64,000 nt of DNA. Origin: Octopus sinensis (lineage: Eukaryota). Shown one piece after another: positions 39,578-50,291 of the stretch. Within the stretch, counting starts at the first letter, position 1; every line of letters starts with the position of its first letter. Both the position numbers and the translations under genes were made by a program. The DNA lies in the NCBI RefSeq assembly GCF_006345805.1, contig NW_021833714.1, positions 5,381 to 69,380 on the forward strand. Reading direction: 5' to 3'. A model generated the notes under the pieces. It made no database searches, had not been told where the DNA came from, and worked only from the letters and a program-made list of their open reading frames with translations.

Positions 39578-39593
39578 TGTGTAGGTATGTCTT

Positions 39594-39682
39594 GGGGCAT
39601 ATGGCGCAGTGCTTAAGAGCACGGCCTTCTAACCCAAAGATTCCGAATTCGATTCCAAGCAGTGACCTGAATAATAATAATA
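39594..39682 (+). mobile_element. Short tRNA-like SINE ending in (TAA)n
   Basis: GGGGCATATGGCGCAGTGCTTAAGAGC...GAATTCGATTCCAAGCAGTGACCTG-AATAATAAT; no complete acceptor stem. Confidence 0.55.
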
Positions 39683-39710
39683 ATTATTATTATTATTATC
39701 ATTATTTATT

Positions 39711-40145
39711 ATTATATAATCTGGAAAATCCTAGAAGGACTTGTCCCAAACTTTGGCATGGAGAGTTACACAAATACTAGAACTGAGCGCCACTGCGTAG
39801 TGCCAAGGACTCAAAATTTGCCATCAGGATGTAGGACAAGATACTGCAATAGCCTAGTCTTCAGAGGTCCATAACCCTTCAATATCCTCCCGAAGGACCT
39901 GAGAGACCTGCATGGGTTGGATGTAGGTCTCTTCAAACTGAAGCTGGACCTCTTCCTGTCTGGTGTCCCAAATAAACCAACTTCGCGGCAAGAAGTGCAG
40001 ATGAAGGCAGCTGCATCAAACTCTCTCATGCACCAAATGTCAATAGCTAAAAAGCATTCGTGAAGTAAAATTATGTAGCAACACCAAATGGCGGTGCCCC
40101 AGCATGGCCACAGTTCGTGAGCTGAAACTAGATGAAATTAAAAAT
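39711..40145 (+). mobile_element. CR1/L2-group LINE 3' fragment with 3' UTR
   Basis: WKILEGLVPNFG..RYCNSLVFRGP*PFNILPKDLRDL..FKLKLDLFLSGVPNKP..AAASNSL, the typical post-RT C-terminus. Confidence 0.8.
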
Positions 40146-40219
40146 ATTAAATAATATATATATATATATAGTAGAAATATGTTATAAAAAGAAAATATAA
40201 AATACACGTGGAAATGTAA

Positions 40220-40479
40220 GGGTAAAAGATGAAAAATCAACGAAAGTGCACATTGTAAATAAGAAAAGGCTTTTTATGAAAGGTAACGCCAAATATATAC
40301 ATTTAGATGTACTGAGGTAGTAAAAGAAGTCATAAAAGTCATTATTATGAGATGACTTTTATGACTTTTATTACTACCTCAGCCCGTCTAAATGTATATA
40401 TTTGGCGTTACCTTTCATAAAAGCCTTTTTTTTTTTTATTTACAATGTGCATTTTCGTTGATTTTTCATATTTTACCCC
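40220..40479. mobile_element. Palindromic MITE-like element (~120-bp arms) abutting (TA)n
   Basis: 40220-40342 is the reverse complement of 40352-40479 with a few mismatches; loop 40343-40351. Confidence 0.8.
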
Positions 40480-40491
40480 TATATATATATA

Positions 40492-40543
<52 letters not shown>

Positions 40544-40689
40544 CATACACATATATATACATATATATATATATATACATATATAATATATATATATAAT
40601 ATATATTAAACATATATATATATATATATGTATATATATGTGTATGTATCTATATATTATATCCTATATATATACACTACATATATATA

Positions 40690-40740
<51 letters not shown>

Positions 40741-41093
40741 ACATGTATATATATATACCATACAGATCTTTTAAGATCTCCTGTAATGGCCTATCTCGAG
40801 GCCATACTCCCACAGACTGACCATTTGGTTCCTCGCTAGCATTACGATTTTCACCTCATCCTCCATTCTGTGCATTATGGCTGCCACCAGCCATGCTTCC
40901 TTAATTTCGGGGGGCACTCGGGCAATACGTTTGCCACAGTACGTCGGCAGAAGTACCCATTCCGGTGTCCTTATAGGCACAGTGGAGTGGCTTATAGCGT
41001 CTTCTTCGTTGCCAAACCTTACTTCCACTGTTCCGTACTTCCTTCCACATGTATAAAAGTTGGTCAACCACTTCACGTTCTCGAGGCACTAAT

Positions 41094-41241
41094 CTTATTT
41101 CTTTATTGCCCACAAGGGGCTAAACATGGAAGGGACAAACAAGGACAGACAAAGGGATTTAGTCGATTACATCGACCCCAGTGCGAAACTGGTATTTAAT
41201 TTATCGACCCCGAAATGATGAAAGGCAAAGTCGACCTCGGC
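41094..41241 (-). mobile_element. 5'-truncated SINE-A with 15-bp TSD
   Basis: TCTCGAGGCACTAAT at 41079-41093 and 41242-41256. Confidence 0.9.
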
Positions 41242-41318
41242 TCTCGAGGCACTAATTTATTGCCTCTATTGGGGCAACCTTTATCTTGTTGGAGAACGTG
41301 GACAACGTTCAGTACACC

Positions 41319-41704
41319 TCTCTCTCTTAGCACTCCGTCGGTTACGACGATGAGGGTTCCGGTTGATCCGATCAACGGAACAGCCTGCTCGTGAAATTAA
41401 CGTGTAAGTGGCTGAGCACTCCACAGACACGTGTACCCTTAACGTAGTTCTCGGGGATATTCAGTTGACACAGAGAGTGACAAGGCCGGCCCTTTGAAAT
41501 ACAGGTACAACAGAAACAGGAAGTAAGAGTGAGAGAAAGTTGTGGTGAAATAGTACAGTAGGGATCACCACCATCCCTGCCGGAGCCTCGTGGAGCTTTA
41601 GGTGTTTTCGCTCAATAAACACTCACAGCGCCCGGTCTGGGAATCGAAACCGCGATCCTACGACCGCGAGTCCGCTGCCCTAACCACTGGGCCATTGCGC
41701 CTCC
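41319..41704 (-). mobile_element. SINE-C, full length with ~14-bp TSD
   Basis: ACGTTCAGTACACC at 41305-41318 and 41705-41718; close match to 14110-14497. Confidence 0.9.
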
Positions 41705-41961
41705 ACGTTCAGTACACCACCGTCCTCTTTGCCACATTGCTTATCAACTCTTCCGGAGGAGTCAGCCTTAGACTGGCTCATTCCCTTTCCGACAATTTGT
41801 TCCTTCCTTCCGTTTCTTTCGCTCAATATTTATCGCGCGTAATTCAAGGGTGTTGGTATTTATACCTTGTGTTGTTGCAGATGCATAACTTGCAACAAGC
41901 TCCATCTCTCCTCTTTTCTCCACTTCTCCTATAAATGAAGAAAAAATAATTTCAAAAAAAG

Positions 41962-42405
41962 CAGGCAAAAACAGCGACGAAAATTCAACGATTTAACAAG
42001 TTAACAAATCCTGGTTCACCCACACGTGGAGACCTTCAACAAATACATAATTAACAATGTGTAACAATTCAACTCACGTTTAAAAAACCACTACCAACAC
42101 CAGAAAAATAAAACGGTTCTCTCTGCCTGTTTCTTTATTAGCCACAAGGACCCAACATAGAGGGGGACAAACAAGGACAGACAGGCAAAAACAGCGACGA
42201 AAATTCAACGATTTAACAAGTTAACAAATCCTGGTTCACCCACACGGGGAGACCTTCAACAAATACATAATTAACAATGTGTAACAATTCAACTCACGTT
42301 TAAAAAACCACTACCAACACCAGAAAAATAAAACGGCTCTCTCTGCCTGTTTCTTTATTAGCCACAAGGACCCAACATAGAAGGGGACAAACAAGGACAG
42401 ACAGG
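41962..42405. repeat. 220-bp direct tandem duplication
   Basis: 41962-42181 repeated at 42182-42401 with about 3 substitutions; CAGG at all three junctions. Confidence 0.9.
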
Positions 42406-42573
42406 ACACCACAGAAGGGACAATACATAAAACGAATATGAATGAGATGGTTATATAACAATGAGGTTATGAATGGCTGCATGCGCCCCTCATCACATGC
42501 AGTACCATTAATCCTTTTTTTTACAGTCCATTATTACCATGTATTTATGTAACAATTAATTATGTTACATACC

Positions 42574-42809
42574 TATTTCTTTACTACCCACAAGGGGCTA
42601 AACACAGAAGGGACAAACAAGGACAGACAAACGGATTAAGTCGATTATATCGACCCCAGTGAATAAAAGGTACTTATTTAATCGACCTCGAAAGGATGAA
42701 AGGCAAAGTCGACCTCGGCGGAATTTGAACTCAGAACATAACGGCAGACGAAATACGGCTACGCATTTCGCCCGGCGTGCTAACGTTTCTGCCAGCTCGT
42801 CGCCTTATC
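42574..42809 (-). mobile_element. SINE-A with 12-bp TSD
   Basis: ATGTTACATACC at 42562-42573 and 42810-42821. Confidence 0.9.
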
Positions 42810-43045
42810 ATGTTACATACCGTTGCAAGTATTTGAACCTTTATATACATTATCTACAATTGTTCTTCTATTTTTCAATATTTTTTTTAAACATAACATA
42901 AAACACTTTACTCTTTTTTTTCTTTAAACGACTCTGTCTGCCGTCTCTCACCCAGACCGTTATTATTTACAGTCGTCGGTCAAGTCTATTCTCGCAGGGG
43001 TGTCGTGACAACATATATGTACTATCATTAGCGGTATTTCGTCTG

Positions 43046-43452
43046 TCGGCGAGCTGGTAGAATCGTTAACACGCTGGACGGAATGCCTAGCGGTATTTCG
43101 TCTGCCGCTACGTTCTGAGTTCAAAATCCGCCGACGTCGACTGTGCCTTTCATCCTTTCGGGGTCGATTAAATAAGTACCAGTTACGCACTGGAGTCGAT
43201 GTAATCGACTTAATCCGTTTGTCTGTCCTTGTTTGTCCTCTCTGTGTTTAACCCCTTGTGGGTAGTAAAGAAATAGGTATTTCGTCTGTCGTTACGTTCT
43301 GAGTTCGAATTCCGCCGAGGTTGACTTTGCCTTTCATCCTCTCGGGGTCGATAAATAAAGTACCAGTTTCGCACTGGGTCGATGTAATCGACTTAATCTC
43401 TTTGTCTGTCCTTGTTTGTCCCCTCTATGTTTAGCCCCTTGTAGGCAATAAA
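43046..43452 (+). mobile_element. Two tandem SINE-A copies
   Basis: Core and tail repeated at about 43046-43275 and 43276-43452. Confidence 0.85.
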
Positions 43453-43965
43453 GAAATATATATGTACCATCAATGGGTGTAGACCAGCGGAAAAGGTACA
43501 ATGCCGAAGCATATTCCTGGTGGCATTTTTTCGACCCAATGCGTTGTGAGTTCAATCACGCTTCCTATTATTCCAGCAAAGGTTTTGTGGGGAACCGGTT
43601 GTAAATGGTGATAGGAATGAAACATCCTTAAGCAAGAGCCGAAATTTTTCATAATTTATCTGATCACGCTGAATGCCATTACACCTGCTGACAGGAGAGA
43701 AGACAAATGAACTTGAAGGATTGCGTTTTCAAGGAAGGAATGAGGTATATAGATATTCATACGTTCACACACACACACACACACGCACATACACACGCAC
43801 ACACACACACGCACACACACACACACACACACCACACACCCACAAATAAATGTGTGACAGTAAAGAAAGAAAGAAAGATAGAAAGAAAGAACGAAAGAAA
43901 GAAAGAAAGAAAGAAAAGGACAGACAAGTAGATAGATTGATTGATTGATTGATTGATAGACAGAC

Positions 43966-44027
<62 letters not shown>

Positions 44028-44043
44028 GACAGACAGACAGACG

Positions 44044-44161
<118 letters not shown>

Positions 44162-44732
44162 TAGATAGATAGATTCGTAAAGCAAAAATGCTATAGACAA
44201 ATACTTAGGTACACAATATTAGTATGTATGTGCGTATGTGTGTATGTGCGTCTGTGCGTGTGAGTGTGTGAGCAAGAATAAAAGAGAAAGAAAGAAACAA
44301 ACAAACAAACAAACAAAGAGAGAAAGGAAAAAAGAAAGACGGAAAGAATGAAGAAAAGAAAGCGTATGCGATATGAGCATGCATTTGATGATGATGATGA
44401 TGATGAAGCGACCAGAACTAAGCAGAACTGTAACGAAGTGGAAGAATATGGTAGAATCATAAAAATGGAGATTCTGTGGACTCTTTGCGCTCAGTTCAAC
44501 TGGAATAGTAAAGCTGACATTTATAGGTTCCAATGGAACTCTTGTTTCTATAAATTACTTTGTTGCTAGGCGTTGCTAACAGCCGAACTTTTTCTCACCG
44601 CACCCGCCCGCCCGCCAGCCCGCCCCTACCACTAAGCGAAAATTTTTAAATATCTCTAATAATTAATTGAATTGCTTTTTGTTCTTTTTTGCTCTTTCTT
44701 CTTCTTCTTCTTCTTATTATTATTATTATTAA

Positions 44733-44813
<81 letters not shown>

Positions 44814-45197
44814 CAGGTTTCTAGTTTTATGGATGTTGTTGTGGATCTTATTGTTACTGTTGTGGTGGTGATGTTGTAGGTGATGGTGGTGATGGTGATG
44901 TCTGCGGTAGTGGTGTTGGTAACTAATGTGGTGTGTACATGTGTTTGGGTGATGTTTGTGTATGTACGTGTGTGTGCACGCATGTGCGCTTCTTCCATTT
45001 GTATGTGCGTACGTATAAAAACTTATACGTGTGTATGTGTACATCAGTGTGTATGTATATATCGAAAATACATATATATATATAGAGAGAGAGAGAATAT
45101 TATAACATATATAATATGTGTGTATATATATTATATATATATGGATTATATATATATATATACAATACTATACATATATAGATATATATATAGATAT

Positions 45198-45228
<31 letters not shown>

Positions 45229-45715
45229 GCATATATATATACGATATTATATATATAATCATATATGTGTGTATATATATACATATATATATATATATTA
45301 TATATATACACACATATAATATTCTATATCTATATACAGAGAGGAGAAGGAGAGAGAGAGAAGAATGATGCAAATAAACATATAAATCTCCTTGGGATTG
45401 ATATCCAGAATATATACACCTATTTACATGTAGATAAAGAAAAGGCAAAGACTAAAAGATTTTGAGTTGATTAACATTCAAGTGGTGTGTGTGTGTGTGT
45501 GCATGTATATATTAATGCATGTTTATTTGTCTCATTGTCTCCGTATCTGCTCACTTGGATTCCCATTTTAGTCACTCTTCATCCCGTTGCCTTGATCAAC
45601 GGTAAATATTTCGGTGTGTAAGCTCAAATTATCAAACATTACCAAATGCTTTCTATATAGAGATTCTTTCCATCTCATTAATTAACTATGTGTGCGTACA
45701 GATATATATATATAT

Positions 45716-45796
45716 AAATTCAAAATGGCTGACGACTAGCATGAGGCTTGAAACTCAAGAGTACAAACGAATTGAATCGAAATGTTTTGATTCATA
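45716..45796 (+). other. Decayed hammerhead-like mini-insert between (TA)n tracts
   Basis: CTGACGA 45729-45735, GAAA 45750-45753, stem III ctc-aa-gag, GUA 45761-45763; stems I and II imperfect. Confidence 0.4.
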
Positions 45797-46191
45797 TATT
45801 ATATATATATATAATATAAATATATATATATATATTATATATATATATAGTATATATATATATATGTATGTGTATGTATACAAATTTAGAGAATGGAGTA
45901 GAAAAATCCAAGTTACATATTTTCCTAACAAGCAGAACCTCGTAAGTAGTAATTATACAACGAGGTGGATACTTTGGAAGTTTCAATCAAATCACCTGTC
46001 AGTTAACATGGAGGTTCTCTGACGACAAAGTAACCTTCATTTGACTAAGGTATCTTCGGCCGGATGAGTAGCTAGCGGGCTACCCCTCGTTGAGTAATTA
46101 TTACTTCCAAGATTCTGCCAGCTAGGAAACATATGTAACATGGATTTTACCTATTTCGTTCTCTAAATATGAATTTTTATTCGCATACATA

Positions 46192-46353
46192 GGGTAGGAG
46201 TGAATGTGTGGTAAGTAGCTTGCTTACGAACCGCATGGTTCCGGGTTCAGTCCCTCTGCGTGGCACCTTGGGCAAGTGTCTTCTACTATAGCCTCGGGCT
46301 GACCAAAGCCTTGTGAGTGGATTTGGTTGACAGAAACTGAAAGAAGACCGCCG

Positions 46354-46438
<85 letters not shown>

Positions 46439-46638
46439 TTGTGTCTGTATTTGTCCCCCCAACATCGCTTGACAACCGATGGTGGTGTGTTTACGTCCCC
46501 GTAACTTAGCGGTTCGGCAAAATAGACCGATAGAATAAGTACTAGGCTTACAAAGATTAAGTCCAGCGGTCGATTTGCTCGACTAAAGGCGGTGCTCCAG
46601 CATGGCCACAGTCAAATTGACTGAAACAAGTAAAAGAG
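46192..46638 (+). mobile_element. SINE-B, full length
   Basis: Same head, core and tail as 38580-38990. Confidence 0.9.
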
Positions 46639-47068
46639 ATATATACACAGCAACCCTTGTTGTTAACGGTGAACTATAAAGGAACCTTTTTCAGCTTATC
46701 GAACTTCGATATGGGAAAAATTCCTACCTTCTACGTCAATAAACCATTATTGTTCTTGAAAGGTGTTTTTTTATACCTCTACAGGCTGATCGAAGTTTAC
46801 TAACTTCTTACCTGCATCCTTGGATCTTACCTTTACACACACACTCACACTAATACACACACACACACACACGTGGAAATACGTGGCTTAGTGGTTAGGG
46901 TGTTGCACTCATGATTATAAGGTTGTGGTTTCAATTCTTGGAACAGAAACAGCGATGCGTTGAGATCTTCAGCATTCTGCTCCAGTTCAATCAGCTCCAG
47001 AATACGGGAGACGTATGACTTGAGAATGACCTTGAATCCTTTTTGATATATATATTATATATACATAT

Positions 47069-47425
47069 ATGGTCCGGGTTCAGTCCCACTGCGTGGCATC
47101 TTGGGCAAGTGTCTTCTGCCATAGCCCCGGGCCGTCCAAAGCCTTGTAAGTGGATTTGGTAGACGGAATCTGAAAGAAGCCCGTCATATATATGTATATA
47201 TATATGCGTTTGTGTGTCTGTGTTTGTCCCCCTAGCATTGCTTTACAACCGATGCTGGTGTGTTTATGTCCCCGTTACTTAGCGGTTCAGCAAAAGAGAC
47301 CGATAGCATAAGTACTGGGCTTACAAAAGAATAAGTCCCAGGGTCGAGTTGCTCGATTAAAGGCGGTGCTCCAGCATGGCCGCAGTCAATGACTGAAACG
47401 AGTAAAAAAGTGGTAAAAGAGTAAA
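47069..47425 (+). mobile_element. SINE-B, 5'-truncated
   Basis: Starts at GGTCCGGGTTCAGTCCC; full tail present. Confidence 0.85.
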
Positions 47426-47687
47426 GATATATAATATATATATACATACAATATATATATAATATATATATAATATATATTATATATATTATATATATAC
47501 ATACTGTTGTGTCTGAGGAGAGTCATTTTCTTTTTGTGCGTTAGAATATGTTTCAACACACGAACTCACATAAAGAATGTATCAAACCAAATCCCAAAAC
47601 GAAACATATATAGATATATATATATAAAATTAACAGAATGAGATAAAAATCTAAGGCTGTGGAAGATTTCAGAACATTTATAAAGAG

Positions 47688-47735
47688 GTCTTACAGCTGT
47701 TTCTGGGATATTTTATATATCCCTTCATTGGAGAC
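47688..47735 (-). other. Decayed type I hammerhead-like motif
   Basis: Minus strand: gtct / CCAATGA (2 core substitutions) / a-gggatat-ataaa-atatccc-a / GAAA / c-agct-g / TA / agac. Confidence 0.55.
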
Positions 47736-47957
47736 GGTGTGAGAAAATGGTTAAGCAATAATTATTCTAGGGAAGATATGAAATAGAGAGTGAAGTGAAG
47801 GAATAAAGAAAACAGACGTGAGCCCCGAATAAGTGCTGCTTAAGGATGCTGAACGAAACACCCATTTCCACAGGTGAATTATCCAAACACCAAAGAATTC
47901 TTTTCAACCTTTGGGTCTTCTTGACACCATTACTTCTCATGACCTCAATTTATATAA

Positions 47958-47990
<33 letters not shown>

Positions 47991-48231
47991 AATGTATGTA
48001 TGTATATATATGAACATACATACATACGTACTGACGCATGCATATTTAAGAATGCATCCACATTCTATATATTTGTATGTTTGTGTGTTGCACATATATT
48101 GTTCATATTTATATATGTTTAGAGATATATAAATGCATCTATGTAAGTCTGGGAATCGAAATCATTACCTCAAGACAGTGAGACCGATGCTCTAACCACT
48201 GAGCCGTGTGTCTTCCCATCTCTTCCCCCTT

Positions 48232-48251
48232 TATGTATGTATATATGTATG

Positions 48252-48283
<32 letters not shown>

Positions 48284-48690
48284 CATGCATGTATGTATGT
48301 ATGTATGTATGTATGTATGTATGTATGTATGTATGCATGTATGTATGCATGTATGTATGTATATATGTATGTATGTATGTATATATGTATGTATGTATGT
48401 ATGTATTATGTATGCATGTATGTATGTATGCATGTATGTATGTATGTATGTATAATTGTATGTATGTATGTATGTATGTATGTAATATGTATGTATGTCA
48501 TGTATGTATGTATGTATAATTGTATGTAGTATGTATGTATGTTGTATGTTATCATGTATGTATGCATGTATGTATGCAGTATGTATGTATGTATGCTGCA
48601 TGTATGCATGCATGTATGTATGTATGTATGTATGTATGTATGTATGTATGTATGCATGCATGTATGTATGTTTGTATGTATGTTTGTATT
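48232..48690. repeat. (ATGT)n microsatellite
   Basis: Direct reading of the sequence. Confidence 0.95.
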
Positions 48691-49298
48691 CTTTTAGTTT
48701 GTTTTGGGCAAATGCCTCTGAGTACAAAATGGTCCCATGCGTTTTGTTGTCGACTGCCACCTGTTATTCCCATTTCCCAGAGTAATTCTATGGAATGGTT
48801 ATACCTGCGGAACTCCTTACAACTTAAGATTATTATTAGTAATAACGAATATCATTTCTGAATAGGAAATGTTTATATTATATTAATGCATTGCAACATA
48901 CGTTTATGCATACCACATATCCGTTTGTGAATACATTCTCACATCTAGAGAATATTATTAAATATCATTTATAATATCTATGAATCTCTCGAACATGTGA
49001 TTGTCTACACGTATCTTTCATAGGGCATGTATCTATGTATGTATGTATGTAATGTATGTATGTATGTATGCATGTATGCATGTATGTATGTATGTATGTA
49101 TGTATGTATGTATGTATGTATGCAAGTCTACATATATTTCTGATTGTATAAATACATATATATATATATGTGTGTGTGTGCGTGTGTGGATGTACGTATT
49201 AAGGAAAGATATATGAATATTACAACTCTCATCTTTCAAAGAATAACAAGTCAATTGTTTTGAAAGGAAAATAGGGGTGGGGGAGAAAATTCACAGCA

Positions 49299-49400
49299 AC
49301 AATGCTCTTCTCAATACGTGTGATGTAGCAGTTAAAACAGTCTTTTGTATTTCTTGCATGGATGGTAAGCCAGGGATCATCCTCAAATAATTATCAGTTC
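49299..49400 (-). mobile_element. Short Dong-like LINE 3' coding fragment
   Basis: Diverged match to about 50473-50575 (QKIVLTGTSHVLRRAL region); abuts (TAA)n/(TTA)n. Confidence 0.8.
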
Positions 49401-49468
49401 TTTATAATAATAATAATAATAATATTATTAATTATTATTATTATTATTATTTATTATTATTATTATTA

Positions 49469-49505
<37 letters not shown>

Positions 49506-49615
49506 GTTGTTGTGTTGTTGTTATTTTTATTATCATCATCATTATTTTTTCTTATTATATTATTATTATTATCATCATCATTATTTTTATTATTATTATT
49601 ATCATTATAATTACT

Positions 49616-50140
49616 GAGTGAGAGAGCAGTACATGCCATCAAAGTGACACTAGTTTACTCATCATGACTACCCGTCTGATAAGGGTACGCCAGGCACATG
49701 CATCATAACAATATGTGCGCGACATGGGAATCTCATATCAGGATTAACAGTGCATGACCTTGCAGGTGGGGCCCAGTTAGAATTTTCTTCAGGTCGAGGA
49801 GCCTATCTCGCTCAAAAAGGCTCTGAATAAGAGTTATTGAACGAAACACCCATTTTTCCAGGATTAAATTATCCAGACCCCAAAAGAACTCCTTTCAACA
49901 CATTGCTATGATGCTCCCCCACTACTTCTGCTCGTGGTCAGAGATGCACATATCGTCAGCCACTAAGGGACATGCTCAACTGGTTATGGTCAAACAACTG
50001 ACAAGCAAATCTGTGGCATTAAGCAGAATATTTGCTGTAGCCCATCTTTTATACCAAGACAAAACAATGTACATGATAACACTTCCAATCAGTTAAGATC
50101 AGAAGCCACGAGAGCCACTGCCTGACACGGCATCAGTGCA
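49616..50140 (-). mobile_element. (TAA)n-embedded passenger retroposon, longest copy (~525 bp)
   Basis: (TTA)n on both sides on the + strand; shares the 3' end with 32119-32454 and extends ~220 bp further 5'; no ORF. Confidence 0.8.
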
Positions 50141-50157
50141 CTTGGTATTATTATTAT

Positions 50158-50216
<59 letters not shown>

Positions 50217-50227
50217 ATATTATTATT

Positions 50228-50270
50228 GAGTGAGAGACCAGTGCATGCCATCAAAGTAACACTGGGGTAA
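50228..50270 (-). mobile_element. 43-bp extreme 3' fragment of the passenger retroposon
   Basis: GAGTGAGAGACCAGTGCATGCCATCAAAGTAACACTGGGGTAA between (TTA)n tracts. Confidence 0.8.
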
Positions 50271-50291
50271 TTATTATTATTATTATTATTA

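Larger units (their letters stand above)
40771..41760 (-). pseudogene. Probable LINE ORF1 (gag/RRM-like) relic interrupted by two SINEs
   Basis: After removing both SINEs: RTVVY*TLSTF..LENVKWLTNFYTCGRKYGTVEVRF..LLPTYCGKRIARVPPEIKEAWLVAA; clade assignment uncertain. Confidence 0.45.

Noticed and set aside
44590-44630. Cluster of CCGCCC GC boxes as a promoter
   Set aside because: Only ~40 bp, resembles a degenerate (CCCG)n microsatellite, with no CpG island or adjacent first exon
46010-46095. CTGACGA plus nearby hairpins as a hammerhead or HDV-like ribozyme
   Set aside because: Stems exist (ggaggtt/aaccttc, gtagc/gctac) but GAAA and the HDV L3/P1.1 elements are absent
49953-49959. CTGACGA on the minus strand of the passenger element as a hammerhead
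   Set aside because: No pairing stem II, followed by GAAG rather than GAAA, and no stem I
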